In this document: positions 47,802 to 57,373 of the stretch, piece by piece
How positions within the stretch are numbered: the stretch's first letter is position 1
How the letters are laid out: each line of letters begins with the position of its first letter
From: an uncultured Bacillales bacterium
Lineage (GTDB): Bacteria; Bacillota_I; Bacilli_A; RFN20; CAG-826
Length of the DNA stretch: 64,000 nt
Direction of reading: 5' to 3'
Assembly (NCBI GenBank): GCA_946414915.1
Contig: CAMKQK010000001.1
Coordinates: 20,335 to 84,334, forward strand
Notes under the pieces: model-generated
The model's input: the letters and a program-made list of their open reading frames with translations, nothing else
The model's database searches: none
Told to the model about the DNA's origin: nothing
Translations under genes and position numbers: made by a program

Positions 47802-49664
47802 ATGGAAAACAACATCGCACTACAATTTGTTAACATTAGCAAATCCTTCGGTAATAAGGTTGCTAATAAAAATGTTTCTCTCGATTTACGTAAGGGAGAA
47901 ATTTTGGCTATTTTGGGCGAGAATGGTTCCGGTAAAACAACATTAATGAACGCCGCTATTGGCATTTATTATCCTGATGAAGGACAAATATTTGTGAATG
48001 GCGAAGAAGCCTCCATCCACTCACCAAAAGACGCCTATAACTACCATATCGGTATGATCCACCAACACTTCAAGTTAGTGGATGTCTTTACCGCTAAAGA
48101 AAATGTTATTTTAGGTCTTTCTAAAGAAGATTACAAAAAGCAAGAAGAAGCTACTAGAGCCAAGCAAGATCTTAAATTGCAAAAGATTAGAGACGAAGAA
48201 GGTAGAGAACCTACCAAAGAAGAACTCAAGAAATATAACAAGAGAATTAAAGATTCCAAGTCTTATAATCTCGAAGAAGCAAAACGAAAAATCATTAAGA
48301 TTTGTAAGAAATATGGCTTTGAAGTGGACCCTGATAAAAAGGTTTACGAAATGTCTGTTAGTGAGAAACAGACTTTAGAAATCGTTAAAGCTCTTTATAA
48401 GGGTATCGATATCTTGATTCTTGATGAACCAACCGCGGTTTTAACACCTCAAGAAACAAAGAAATTATTCAATGTTTTGAGAAACATGGCTTCCCAAGGC
48501 AAGTCCATTATCATCATTACTCATAAACTAAATGAAGTTTTGGAAATTTCCGATAGAGTTTCTGTTTTAAGAAAAGGTGAATATGCTGGTACAGTTATCA
48601 CTAAAGAAACAAACGAAAAAGAACTAACCGAATTAATGGTTGGTAGAAAAATTGAATTAAACATTAAACGTCCAGCGGTGAAAAACCCACACGATAGATT
48701 GTTTATTAATGGACTCACATACACAAATAGAGAAGGCGTTAAAGCATTAGATGATGTGAGCTTTGTCGCTAGAGGCGGTGAAATACTTGGTATCGCTGGT
48801 ATCGCAGGTAACGGCCAAAGAGAATTACTCGAAGGTATCGCAGGTTTAGTTCACCTCGACAGTGGCGATATCGTCTTCCATAATCCTAAAAAGAATAGAC
48901 CCGTGACATTCTTTCACCACAATGTGAAGCAAATTAGAGAGCTCGCAGCGAAAGGTGCTTTATATGACGCTGACAGCAAAGAAACATTAGATTTAAGAAA
49001 AGTCAGCACTAAGAAAATCAAAGAAATGGTCGAAAATGAAAAGATCATGTTCTACGAAGACGAAATCATCGATTTAAGAAATAAAAAGCCAATTGAAATT
49101 AGAAACCTCGGTATTAAGTTATCATTTGTTCCTGAAGATAGATTAGGCATGGGCTTAGTCGGTAATATGAATATCATCGACAACATGATGCTAAGAAGCT
49201 TTAGAAAAGGGCATTCTATTTTCGTTAATAGAAAGAAACCAAAATACTTAGCGGAAGAAATCGTTGATGAATTAGAAGTTGTCACTCCTAACTTAAAAAC
49301 ACCAGTGAGAAACCTTTCTGGTGGTAATATTCAAAAATTATTAGTGGGTAGAGAAATCTCTTCTTCCCCTAAAGTCTTAATGGTGGCCTATCCAGTTAGA
49401 GGATTAGATATCAAGTCATCATACACTATTTATGATTTATTAAATGCACAAAAGGAGAGAGGCACGGCAGTCGTTTTCGTTGGTGAAGACTTAGACGTGT
49501 TGCTCGCTTTAAGTGATCGAATTTTAGTTCTTTCTGGTGGTAAGGTCGCTGGTATTGTGGATGCCAGAAAAACCACTAAAGAAGAAATCGGTCTATTAAT
49601 GACCAAATCAATTGAAAAACAGGAGGTTCTCTACGATGCTAATGCAGAAGACGAAAAAGAATAA
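47802..49664 (+). CDS. nucleoside ABC transporter ATP-binding protein (tandem NBDs, long coiled-coil insertion in NBD1)
   Basis: 620 aa. Walker A GENGSGKTT. About 70-aa charged insertion (KEDYKKQEEATRAKQDLKLQKIRDEEGREPTKEELKKYNKRIKDSK...) before the signature/Walker B LDEPTAVL. Second degenerate NBD follows. Confidence 0.85.
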   Translation: MENNIALQFVNISKSFGNKVANKNVSLDLRKGEILAILGENGSGKTTLMNAAIGIYYPDEGQIFVNGEEASIHSPKDAYNYHIGMIHQHFKLVDVFTAKENVILGLSKEDYKKQEEATRAKQDLKLQKIRDEEGREPTKEELKKYNKRIKDSKSYNLEEAKRKIIKICKKYGFEVDPDKKVYEMSVSEKQTLEIVKALYKGIDILILDEPTAVLTPQETKKLFNVLRNMASQGKSIIIITHKLNEVLEISDRVSVLRKGEYAGTVITKETNEKELTELMVGRKIELNIKRPAVKNPHDRLFINGLTYTNREGVKALDDVSFVARGGEILGIAGIAGNGQRELLEGIAGLVHLDSGDIVFHNPKKNRPVTFFHHNVKQIRELAAKGALYDADSKETLDLRKVSTKKIKEMVENEKIMFYEDEIIDLRNKKPIEIRNLGIKLSFVPEDRLGMGLVGNMNIIDNMMLRSFRKGHSIFVNRKKPKYLAEEIVDELEVVTPNLKTPVRNLSGGNIQKLLVGREISSSPKVLMVAYPVRGLDIKSSYTIYDLLNAQKERGTAVVFVGEDLDVLLALSDRILVLSGGKVAGIVDARKTTKEEIGLLMTKSIEKQEVLYDANAEDEKE

Positions 49665-50898
49665 CGTAAAAAGAGATCCTTTTGTCCATATTACTAGACT
49701 TCCTGATCCAAAAATTAGACATTATTGGTTCAGTAAATTGATCTCCGTTATTATCGCTTTATTAATATGCGCTTTAATTACAAACGCCATGGCGCCAGGT
49801 AGTTTTGGTTCGTTCTTTGTATATTTAGGTAAAGGTACTTTTAGTAACAAGCTTCAAGTATTAAGACTTTTCCAAGATACCGCAATATTACTTTTAATTG
49901 CTCTTGCCCTAACCCCAGCGTTTAAGATGAGATTCTGGAACATTGGCGCTGAAGGTCAAGTCTTAATTGGGGCACTAGGTGCTACAATTTGCATGAAATT
50001 CTTCGCTGGTTCAATGACAAACGTTTTATTAATATTCACATGTTTAGCGTTTTCCATTTTATTCTCTATCATTTGGGCGGTTATCCCAGCAATATTTAAA
50101 GCGTTTTTCAATACCAATGAGACTCTTTTCACATTAATGATGAACTATTTAGCCAGTGGCTTAGTAGCTTATTTCGTCTTTGTGTGGGTCCCAAATGGCA
50201 GCGCTGTTTTAGGTGTTATTAATCCAAACACCCATGATGGCTGGTTACCAAAGTTATTTGGTCAAGATTACTTAATTAACATCATCACCGTTGCGGTCAT
50301 TACTGTTTTAATCTTTGTTTATTTGAAGTTCTCTAAACACGGTTACGAATTAACCGTTGTTGGTGAGTCACAAAATACTGCGAGATACGTTGGTATCAAC
50401 GTTAAAAAGACCATTATTAGAACATTGATTTTATCAGGCGCTGTATGTGGTTTAGTTGGTTTCTTATTAGTGAACGGTACTTCTCATACATTAAATGCTG
50501 ATTTAGTGGGTGGCCGTGGCTTTACTGGTATTCTTGTTGCCTGGTTAGGCCACTTCAATCCATTTGAAATGATCTTCACCTCCTTCTTAGTAGCGTTTGT
50601 TACTTTAGGTGGTAGCTACGCTGGCGACATCTTCAGATTTGGTACAGCTTATTCAAAAGTCTTAATCGGTATCTTCTTCTTTGTGTTTATCGCTAGTGAA
50701 TTCTTCTTAACTTATAAGATGAATTTCTCCCCAGAAGCACAAGCGTTCTTTAAGAAGATAGCGGATTTCTTTAAAAAGATATTCGGACCTGTTGGTAGGT
50801 TCTTTAAAAAGATATTTACTTCAGTTGGTAATTTCTTCAAAAAGTTATTTAAGAAAAAAGACTCTCCAAAAGCGGAGTCAGAGAATAAGGAGGAATAG
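49636..50898 (+). CDS. nucleoside ABC transporter permease 1
   Basis: Polytopic BPD_transp_2-type membrane protein with a Lys/Phe-rich C-terminal tail. Start chosen at ATG 49636 after AGGAGG; overlaps the ATPase 3' end. Confidence 0.75.
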   Translation: MLMQKTKKNNVKRDPFVHITRLPDPKIRHYWFSKLISVIIALLICALITNAMAPGSFGSFFVYLGKGTFSNKLQVLRLFQDTAILLLIALALTPAFKMRFWNIGAEGQVLIGALGATICMKFFAGSMTNVLLIFTCLAFSILFSIIWAVIPAIFKAFFNTNETLFTLMMNYLASGLVAYFVFVWVPNGSAVLGVINPNTHDGWLPKLFGQDYLINIITVAVITVLIFVYLKFSKHGYELTVVGESQNTARYVGINVKKTIIRTLILSGAVCGLVGFLLVNGTSHTLNADLVGGRGFTGILVAWLGHFNPFEMIFTSFLVAFVTLGGSYAGDIFRFGTAYSKVLIGIFFFVFIASEFFLTYKMNFSPEAQAFFKKIADFFKKIFGPVGRFFKKIFTSVGNFFKKLFKKKDSPKAESENKEE

Positions 50899-50900
50899 TT

Positions 50901-51872
50901 ATGTTTGTTGCATTTATTAGAAACGCTATTAGATTTTCAACAATCTTCTTATTCGGTTCTACTGGTGAAATCATTACCGAAAAAAGTGGTCACTTGAACA
51001 TGGGTACCCCAGGTATCATGTGCTTAGGTGGTATTGGTGCGGTCCTTGGTGAAAGACTATATCTTTTAACAATTGCCAATGACGTGGATTTAATTAATCC
51101 ATTCTTATGTGTCTTATTCCCACTTATTATGACAATCATCTTTGGTGCGTTAGGTGGTTTATTCTTCTCATTCTTAACCGTCACATTAAGATGTAATCAA
51201 AACGTTGTTGGTTTAACATTAACAACATTTGGTGTTGGCTTAAATGCATTTATTCTTGCTAGAATCCCAAGAGGCGCTGGTTTCACATACGCTAGTGAGT
51301 ATTTCTATAAACTATTCCCAGATTCATTAGTTAATAGTGCTGGTTGGTTTGGTGAAATATTCCTTGGTCATGGCTTCTTAGTTTATTTAGCCATCATCTT
51401 AGCGGTTATTGCCACCATTGTGATTAAGAAAACAAATGTTGGTTTATCCTTAAGATCCATTGGTGAAAACCCAGCCACTGCTGATGCTGCTGGTTTAAAC
51501 GTTGCTAGATACCGCTACTTAGCCACAATGATTGGTGGTGCTATTGCTTCCTTAGGTGGTTTGTTCTATATCATGGACTACCTTGGTGGTTCTGTTGAAT
51601 ACACTATCGACCGTTATGGATGGATGGCAGTTGCCTTAGTTATCTTTAGTGTTTGGAATCCATCATTTAGTATCTTTGGTTCATTATTATTCGGTGCGTT
51701 ATACATTATGCCAAGCTTCTTAGATGGCTTAAGTTTCGCTGATAAAGAGTTAATTAAATTAGTGCCATACGCTGTAACTATTTTGGTTTTAGTTATCACA
51801 TCACTATTCAACCGAAGAGAAACGCAGCCACCGGCAGCGCTAGGTCTAACGTACTTCCGTGAAGATAGATAA
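50901..51872 (+). CDS. nucleoside ABC transporter permease 2
   Basis: 323 aa polytopic membrane protein. 2 nt after permease 1 stop. GGAGGAA RBS. Confidence 0.75.
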   Translation: MFVAFIRNAIRFSTIFLFGSTGEIITEKSGHLNMGTPGIMCLGGIGAVLGERLYLLTIANDVDLINPFLCVLFPLIMTIIFGALGGLFFSFLTVTLRCNQNVVGLTLTTFGVGLNAFILARIPRGAGFTYASEYFYKLFPDSLVNSAGWFGEIFLGHGFLVYLAIILAVIATIVIKKTNVGLSLRSIGENPATADAAGLNVARYRYLATMIGGAIASLGGLFYIMDYLGGSVEYTIDRYGWMAVALVIFSVWNPSFSIFGSLLFGALYIMPSFLDGLSFADKELIKLVPYAVTILVLVITSLFNRRETQPPAALGLTYFREDR

Positions 51873-51876
51873 GAAT

Positions 51877-51903
51877 AGCACCTAAAGGTGCTTTTCTTTT
51901 TTG
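51877..51903 (+). terminator. intrinsic terminator after the ABC operon
   Basis: AGCACCU-aa-AGGUGCU followed by UUUCUUUUUU. Confidence 0.55.
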
Positions 51904-52078
51904 CATATCAGTGGTTTGTATATATAATTATATCATTTTTGTTTAGATTACATCGAACTATTTTTTATAATTGCTTATTATTTAAACAAAATAAAATTAA
52001 TGTCATTACAAATCGTAAAAAGTTCAGCCTACATCAATACAATATGTTAGAATTTGGTCAAAAGGAGATAATGTAACT

Positions 52079-53713
52079 ATGAAAAAAACAATCTTAGCAT
52101 TGACGTTTTTAACTGTGGCACTAATCGGAAAGATAGTTACTCCAGTAAAACTAGATATGCAAACAAACAATGCTGTCCAAGAAATTGTTCAACCACAAAT
52201 TGACAAAAAATTGTCAAAAGCTAATCTAGCAGCAGCTAGTAGGTCAGCGAGCGGTCCAAATTATGGCTCTGGGCAATCCACGCTTTGGACTCCTGTGACA
52301 CAGATTGAGGATGGTGCTGTTTATATGATTAGGAGCGCGCAAAGCCCAAACTTGTACTGGGATTTAACTGGTGGCTCTTTGTCAAATGGCACTCAGGTTC
52401 AACTATACGAGTGCAATTATTCCCATGCTCAAAAATTCTACATTAAAAAACAATTTGATATGAATGGTTATACAACTTATCGTATTTCACCCCTATTCGC
52501 TTATGATAAACTTTTAAGAATCCCTAACGCATCAGGCTATTCTATTCTCCAAGTAGATGAAGAAACTAAATACACTGATAAGACGCTTTTCAATGACAAG
52601 TTTATCTTCTCAAAACACCAATATTCAGACTCTTTTGATATTTTGTCCTGTGTAAATCAAGATTTATCGATTAATGTGAATGTAAGCGCGTTAGTTTCCG
52701 GAGAAAAACTTTATAACTGTGACCAATGCCAGACGCTATCGGACTTTCATAGCTGGCAGTTAATTAAAACAGACTACATTGGTTTAAACATTGGGAACAA
52801 AACATGGGTAGAAGGAACAAATGAATTTAGATATGTTGCAAGGGTCCCACGTTTAGGCAGATATGTAATTGAGACATATAACTGCGGTTTCTATGCAGTT
52901 GATACATATCTTACCTTAAAAAGAGATTCAGACAACACTGTGGTTGATACAAATGATGATGCAGGAGAAGGGCATAACGCAAAAATCGTTTACAACTTTG
53001 AAACTATTGAGGAATTTTCAATTTTGGTAAGAGGGTTCAACAATAACGAACGTGGCTATTGCTATCTTGTGTTTAGACCAGAAAAAACACTCTATTTTTC
53101 AGGAACATACGATTACGATAATCAAAAATATGATAGAGTAACTCCTCTCAATAAGTGTAAAGAGAATCTTAACAAAATGGGCTATTTCACTGAAGTCCAG
53201 GCAAACTTTAATCACAACTCAATTTATTCGGAACAAGATTGGGAAGGCAAATTAAAAATCGATAGGGATTATTACGTATTTATAGGTCATGGCGGCAACG
53301 ACGGAACTTGCTCTGTTTATTTTGACTCCAAAAATCCTGATTGGGTTGATCAATCTCACATACCATCACTTAACAACACCGGATTAATGTTATGGATGAC
53401 ATGTAGAGGGGGAAAAGAACCAGCCAACGGAGGAAAAGACCATTGCTTTGCGATGGCTATGGCAATGAAAGGGGCGGATTATTCTTTGGGCTTTAGAGGA
53501 GATATCGGAAGATCAAGCGCCAATAAATTCGTGGAAGAATTCTTCAAAGCGCGAGTCAACAATACTCAAGAAAGCTCAATAGTAACCGCTGCTCGAAACT
53601 CAGGTTTGTGGGATCCAGTTGTTTTTTCAGATGGCGGGCGTACAGAAACACGCTATTCAGTATCAATCTTTGGCTTTGGCTATACAACAAGCACTATCAA
53701 TCACCAACTATAA
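52079..53713 (+). CDS. secreted protein: signal peptide, ricin-B-like lectin (beta-trefoil) domain, PPC-like domain, C-terminal caspase-like (clan CD) His/Cys domain
   Basis: 544 aa. N-terminal signal. QxW-type trefoil features (LYWDLTGGSLSNGTQVQLYECN...AQKFYI; HSWQLI). PPC-like segment (DTYLTLKRD...GEGHNAKIVY). Dyad-like motifs FIGHGGNDG and LWMTCRGG (compare caspase SHG / QACRG). AAAGGAG RBS. Confidence 0.5.
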   Translation: MKKTILALTFLTVALIGKIVTPVKLDMQTNNAVQEIVQPQIDKKLSKANLAAASRSASGPNYGSGQSTLWTPVTQIEDGAVYMIRSAQSPNLYWDLTGGSLSNGTQVQLYECNYSHAQKFYIKKQFDMNGYTTYRISPLFAYDKLLRIPNASGYSILQVDEETKYTDKTLFNDKFIFSKHQYSDSFDILSCVNQDLSINVNVSALVSGEKLYNCDQCQTLSDFHSWQLIKTDYIGLNIGNKTWVEGTNEFRYVARVPRLGRYVIETYNCGFYAVDTYLTLKRDSDNTVVDTNDDAGEGHNAKIVYNFETIEEFSILVRGFNNNERGYCYLVFRPEKTLYFSGTYDYDNQKYDRVTPLNKCKENLNKMGYFTEVQANFNHNSIYSEQDWEGKLKIDRDYYVFIGHGGNDGTCSVYFDSKNPDWVDQSHIPSLNNTGLMLWMTCRGGKEPANGGKDHCFAMAMAMKGADYSLGFRGDIGRSSANKFVEEFFKARVNNTQESSIVTAARNSGLWDPVVFSDGGRTETRYSVSIFGFGYTTSTINHQL

Positions 53714-53728
53714 CAGTTAAATATAAAA

Positions 53729-53757
53729 ACGGGCGTCTCTTTAGGCGCCTGTTTTTA
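53729..53757 (+). terminator. intrinsic terminator after the lectin/peptidase gene
   Basis: ACGGGCG-ucucuuuag-CGCCUGU followed by UUUUU. Confidence 0.45.
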
Positions 53758-53855
53758 GTTGGGTTACGATTAAATCGATGCTGAATTATTGCATTTATGC
53801 TCGCATGTACGTATGATTTTAGGCATACGGTTTACATCAAACGAAAGGATACCTT

Positions 53856-56800
53856 ATGAGAAAAACAATCAAAGCATTAGTACTTGGCTGTATGACTGTT
53901 GGCGTTCTCGCTGGTTGTAATTGGGGCAAAACCTCAAGCGAACAATCAGATAATCGTTCATCAGCGTTCACCAGTACTTCATCGATCCCTGATAGCGTTA
54001 GTGACTCAAGCGTTAGCACCAGCTCTATCACATCATCTTCCACAACAACTTCTATTCCATCATCATCCACCACATCTTCTAGCACATCTACGTCAGTGGC
54101 TCCTACCTTAACTGGTATTGCTTTAAACACAAACAATGTTAAGAAAGAATATGAACAAGGTGATAAGTTAGATTTAACTGGCTTAGTCGTTACCGCTCAA
54201 TATAGTGATAACACCAATGTTAATGTTAACGACTACACTACTGATCCTGCTAATGGAATAGTTTTAGAAGCTGTCGGTACAACAAAAGTCACTGTTACTT
54301 ATGCTACATTTGCAGCAGAATTCAACGTTGCAGTTAATGCTAAGTTAATCGGCATTTCTCTTAATACTGACGCCGTCAAAAAAGAATATGAACAAGGTGA
54401 AGCTTTAGACCTCACCGGTTTAGTGGTTACCGCTCAATACAGTGATAACACCACCGCTAACGTTACTGATTACACAACTAACCCAGCAAACGGTACCGTC
54501 TTCAATGAAATCAAAGAAGAAACCATTACCGTTAGCTACAACAATTTCAATGAAACATTCAAAGTTAATGTTGTTAAAGCTACCAAGAAAGCTTGGACAG
54601 AAGAAGAAGCTAAAATCATGTCCGACCACTTAAATGGACAAGTTTTACCATTCACTGGTTTTGAAGAATCTGTTGTTTCTTATGATTCAACAGAAGATAT
54701 GGTTCTTATTCAAGGTGGCGCTAAAGAAGAAGGTTATGTCGCCAAATACGCTGCAAAATTAGCGGCCCTTGGCTATGAAGAATATTTCCAAAATGCCAAT
54801 TCAGCGGGTTATGAAAAAGAATTCACTACCGCTAATGGTTTAAGACACGTTTACGTCTATATTGGTTTCGACCAAGATCAACTCATGATTCAAGCATATG
54901 ACCCATACGTGTATAGCTTCCCAACCAGTTTTGCCACCGAAGTAGCAGATAAATATTTCGAAAGTACAAAAGTTGTTCCAGCAATTACTGCTGACTACTA
55001 TTTAGTGGATGCCGACTACTTAAGTATCAGATGCTATCTCACCGCGACAACTGATGACGCTGGTTACAGCGCTATCTTAAGCGCCGCTAACTGGAGTGTC
55101 CAACCAGAAAAAGATGATCAAAACTACTACATCGCTATTTCTCCAGATCAAAAATATGCCGCTGCGTATGCTTATGTGTCTGGTGCTTTAAGAATCTATC
55201 TTGAACCAATTGCTTTCTGGAACTCTAACCTTATCAATGAATTCTTCACAAAATATGGTGGTGAGCCAGTTAATATTCCAGCCCTTAATGTCGAAGGTGC
55301 TCAATATCAATTTAGTGAATGGTCTAACAATGAATTAGCCTATCAATATGGCGCTTATGAATACATTCATGCCTATATGGCAATTTATGGTTCCAAACAA
55401 GCTGATTTAGAAAGATATGAAACAATTCTTAAAGAAGCTGGTTGGGAAGTCATCAATAGTAATGGTTCCTATACCGCAACACTTGAAATTGCTAATAAAG
55501 GTATTGCGAGAATCGAATTCTCCTTCAATACACAAATTAATGGCGTTCTTATTACAATCTACTTCAAATTAGATCCAATTCCTGAAAAGGATTTCCCGGC
55601 CGCAAAAATTGCTGAATTATTAGGCGAAGACATTACTGATGTCGTTCCAGCCTATACAGGCGCCAATAAAGGTTTCACTATTTTAGATGATGAAGCTGGT
55701 ACCGCTGTTATGGTTTATGTCGAAGGTGGTACAGAAAGAGACGCTGTTGCTGCTTATAAGGCAATCTTAACAGAAGCCAAATATACTGAAGCTGGTGCTG
55801 ATGCACATGGCGATATGCGTTATGTTTCTGAACACGGTCAAATTCTTGTAACACCATATTATGGTACCTCTGGTTCATTCACTATTGCCTTTAAAGCTGC
55901 TCCATTATTAGCGTGGCCAGCCGCTCAAATCGTTAACGCTTTCCCAACTGCTACAGATACAGTTCCTGCTGTTGATGGTGCCCTCGAATACATGTTCCAA
56001 AAGAGCGGCAGAATGGTTAACATTGCTTGTACATTTAATACAAACACTGAAGCTAAAGCGGCATTAGCTACATTCATTGGTGCCTTAGAAGAAGCTCAAT
56101 TCGAATTATTAGGCGTTGATGACGGTGGCGATCCTCACTACAATTCTTTAAACGATAACTTTGAAGTTCGTCCATATGTCAGTAGCGCAACATTATATGT
56201 CACTATCATGGGACCAAAAGAAGTTGAATCCTTATGGCCAATTGATAAATTAACAGAATGGTATGGTGAAGATATTGCTAAAGCTATCCCAGCTTATGAC
56301 AAAGGCACTAAATATGAATTCTTTGAAAGCCAAGCATTCAATGAAATCATGGTGACCGTCCAAGATGCTGACGAAGCTGTTGAAGAATATATCGACATCT
56401 TAACCGAAGCTGGCTTCACAGATACTTATGTGGACGATCTTGATGATACCCACTACTGCAAAGGCGCCATCGATATTACTCCATGGGCTGAAAGCGACAC
56501 CGTGATGGATATTGATATCGTCATTAACGAAATCTCTGTTTCTAAATGGCCAACTCAAACTATCGCTAACTTATTTGCGACAGCCGGTTATACCGATGTC
56601 TTACCAGCATATGATGATGAATGCGATACGATTGAAGCAGGCACAAACTATGATGGTTCTATCTATGTTCTCATTGAAACAGCCAAAGCTGATTCAGTAT
56701 TTATTGACTATTACAAACTATTAGAAAAGAACAATTTCGTCTACGATAACATTTATTCCACATCTACAACATATATCTACAAATCTCCAAATAACCAATA

Positions 56801-57218
56801 CACGGTTTCATTAACCACAAATAGATTTGGTGTTGAACTTGATATCAAAAAGATTGATAACGGTGGCGGCCAAACAGGTAGTGACGAATTCCCAATGGAT
56901 GATATCGTTAGTTCCTTCCCAACCGCTAGTGGCGTTTTGCCAACAATCGAAGACGAAGGTGCGACATTCACAGTCGATGTTCCATATGATGGTGAAGTAT
57001 CTGTAATTGTTAAATTCGCTACTGAACAAGAAGCTACTAATGCTTTAAATGCTTATATCAGTGCGTTAACAACCGCTAAATTCACTTATGAAGAAGGCGT
57101 TTGGAGCTATCTCGATGTATATGTTTCTCCAGATAGAAAATTCATGATTGAGATTACTCCTAACTTGTCCAATGGTTCATTTGAACTCTATTTCATGGAC
57201 ACATATGGCTCAATTTAA
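53856..57218 (+). CDS. large surface lipoprotein: lipobox, Ser/Thr-rich linker, 2x Big_3-like Ig domains, then at least 5 tandem ~95-aa WP...VPAY modules
   Basis: 1120 aa. MRKTIKALVLGCMTVGVLAGC lipobox. STSSS-rich low-complexity. Big_3 signature LTGIALNTNNVKKEYEQGDKLDLTGLVVTAQYSDNT twice. Repeated modules beginning [W/F]P..I...[LG]......VPAY and ending Y..L..AGF.... Confidence 0.65.
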   Translation: MRKTIKALVLGCMTVGVLAGCNWGKTSSEQSDNRSSAFTSTSSIPDSVSDSSVSTSSITSSSTTTSIPSSSTTSSSTSTSVAPTLTGIALNTNNVKKEYEQGDKLDLTGLVVTAQYSDNTNVNVNDYTTDPANGIVLEAVGTTKVTVTYATFAAEFNVAVNAKLIGISLNTDAVKKEYEQGEALDLTGLVVTAQYSDNTTANVTDYTTNPANGTVFNEIKEETITVSYNNFNETFKVNVVKATKKAWTEEEAKIMSDHLNGQVLPFTGFEESVVSYDSTEDMVLIQGGAKEEGYVAKYAAKLAALGYEEYFQNANSAGYEKEFTTANGLRHVYVYIGFDQDQLMIQAYDPYVYSFPTSFATEVADKYFESTKVVPAITADYYLVDADYLSIRCYLTATTDDAGYSAILSAANWSVQPEKDDQNYYIAISPDQKYAAAYAYVSGALRIYLEPIAFWNSNLINEFFTKYGGEPVNIPALNVEGAQYQFSEWSNNELAYQYGAYEYIHAYMAIYGSKQADLERYETILKEAGWEVINSNGSYTATLEIANKGIARIEFSFNTQINGVLITIYFKLDPIPEKDFPAAKIAELLGEDITDVVPAYTGANKGFTILDDEAGTAVMVYVEGGTERDAVAAYKAILTEAKYTEAGADAHGDMRYVSEHGQILVTPYYGTSGSFTIAFKAAPLLAWPAAQIVNAFPTATDTVPAVDGALEYMFQKSGRMVNIACTFNTNTEAKAALATFIGALEEAQFELLGVDDGGDPHYNSLNDNFEVRPYVSSATLYVTIMGPKEVESLWPIDKLTEWYGEDIAKAIPAYDKGTKYEFFESQAFNEIMVTVQDADEAVEEYIDILTEAGFTDTYVDDLDDTHYCKGAIDITPWAESDTVMDIDIVINEISVSKWPTQTIANLFATAGYTDVLPAYDDECDTIEAGTNYDGSIYVLIETAKADSVFIDYYKLLEKNNFVYDNIYSTSTTYIYKSPNNQYTVSLTTNRFGVELDIKKIDNGGGQTGSDEFPMDDIVSSFPTASGVLPTIEDEGATFTVDVPYDGEVSVIVKFATEQEATNALNAYISALTTAKFTYEEGVWSYLDVYVSPDRKFMIEITPNLSNGSFELYFMDTYGSI

Positions 57219-57243
57219 GTAATTGATCAATTAAATATCAAAA

Positions 57244-57275
57244 AACAGCCTGTTAAAAAACGGGTTGTTTTTTTA
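57244..57275 (+). terminator. intrinsic terminator between the two lipoprotein paralogs
   Basis: AACAGCC-uguuaaaaaac-GGGUUGUU followed by UUUUUUAUU. Confidence 0.45.
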
Positions 57276-57373
57276 TTCACTGTTCAATTTTTAAAGTGTA
57301 ACTATTGTTTTTAGATACAAAAACAAATAGTATTGTAATTGCGCGTTTGCACCAAAAAAGAAAGGAAAACGTT

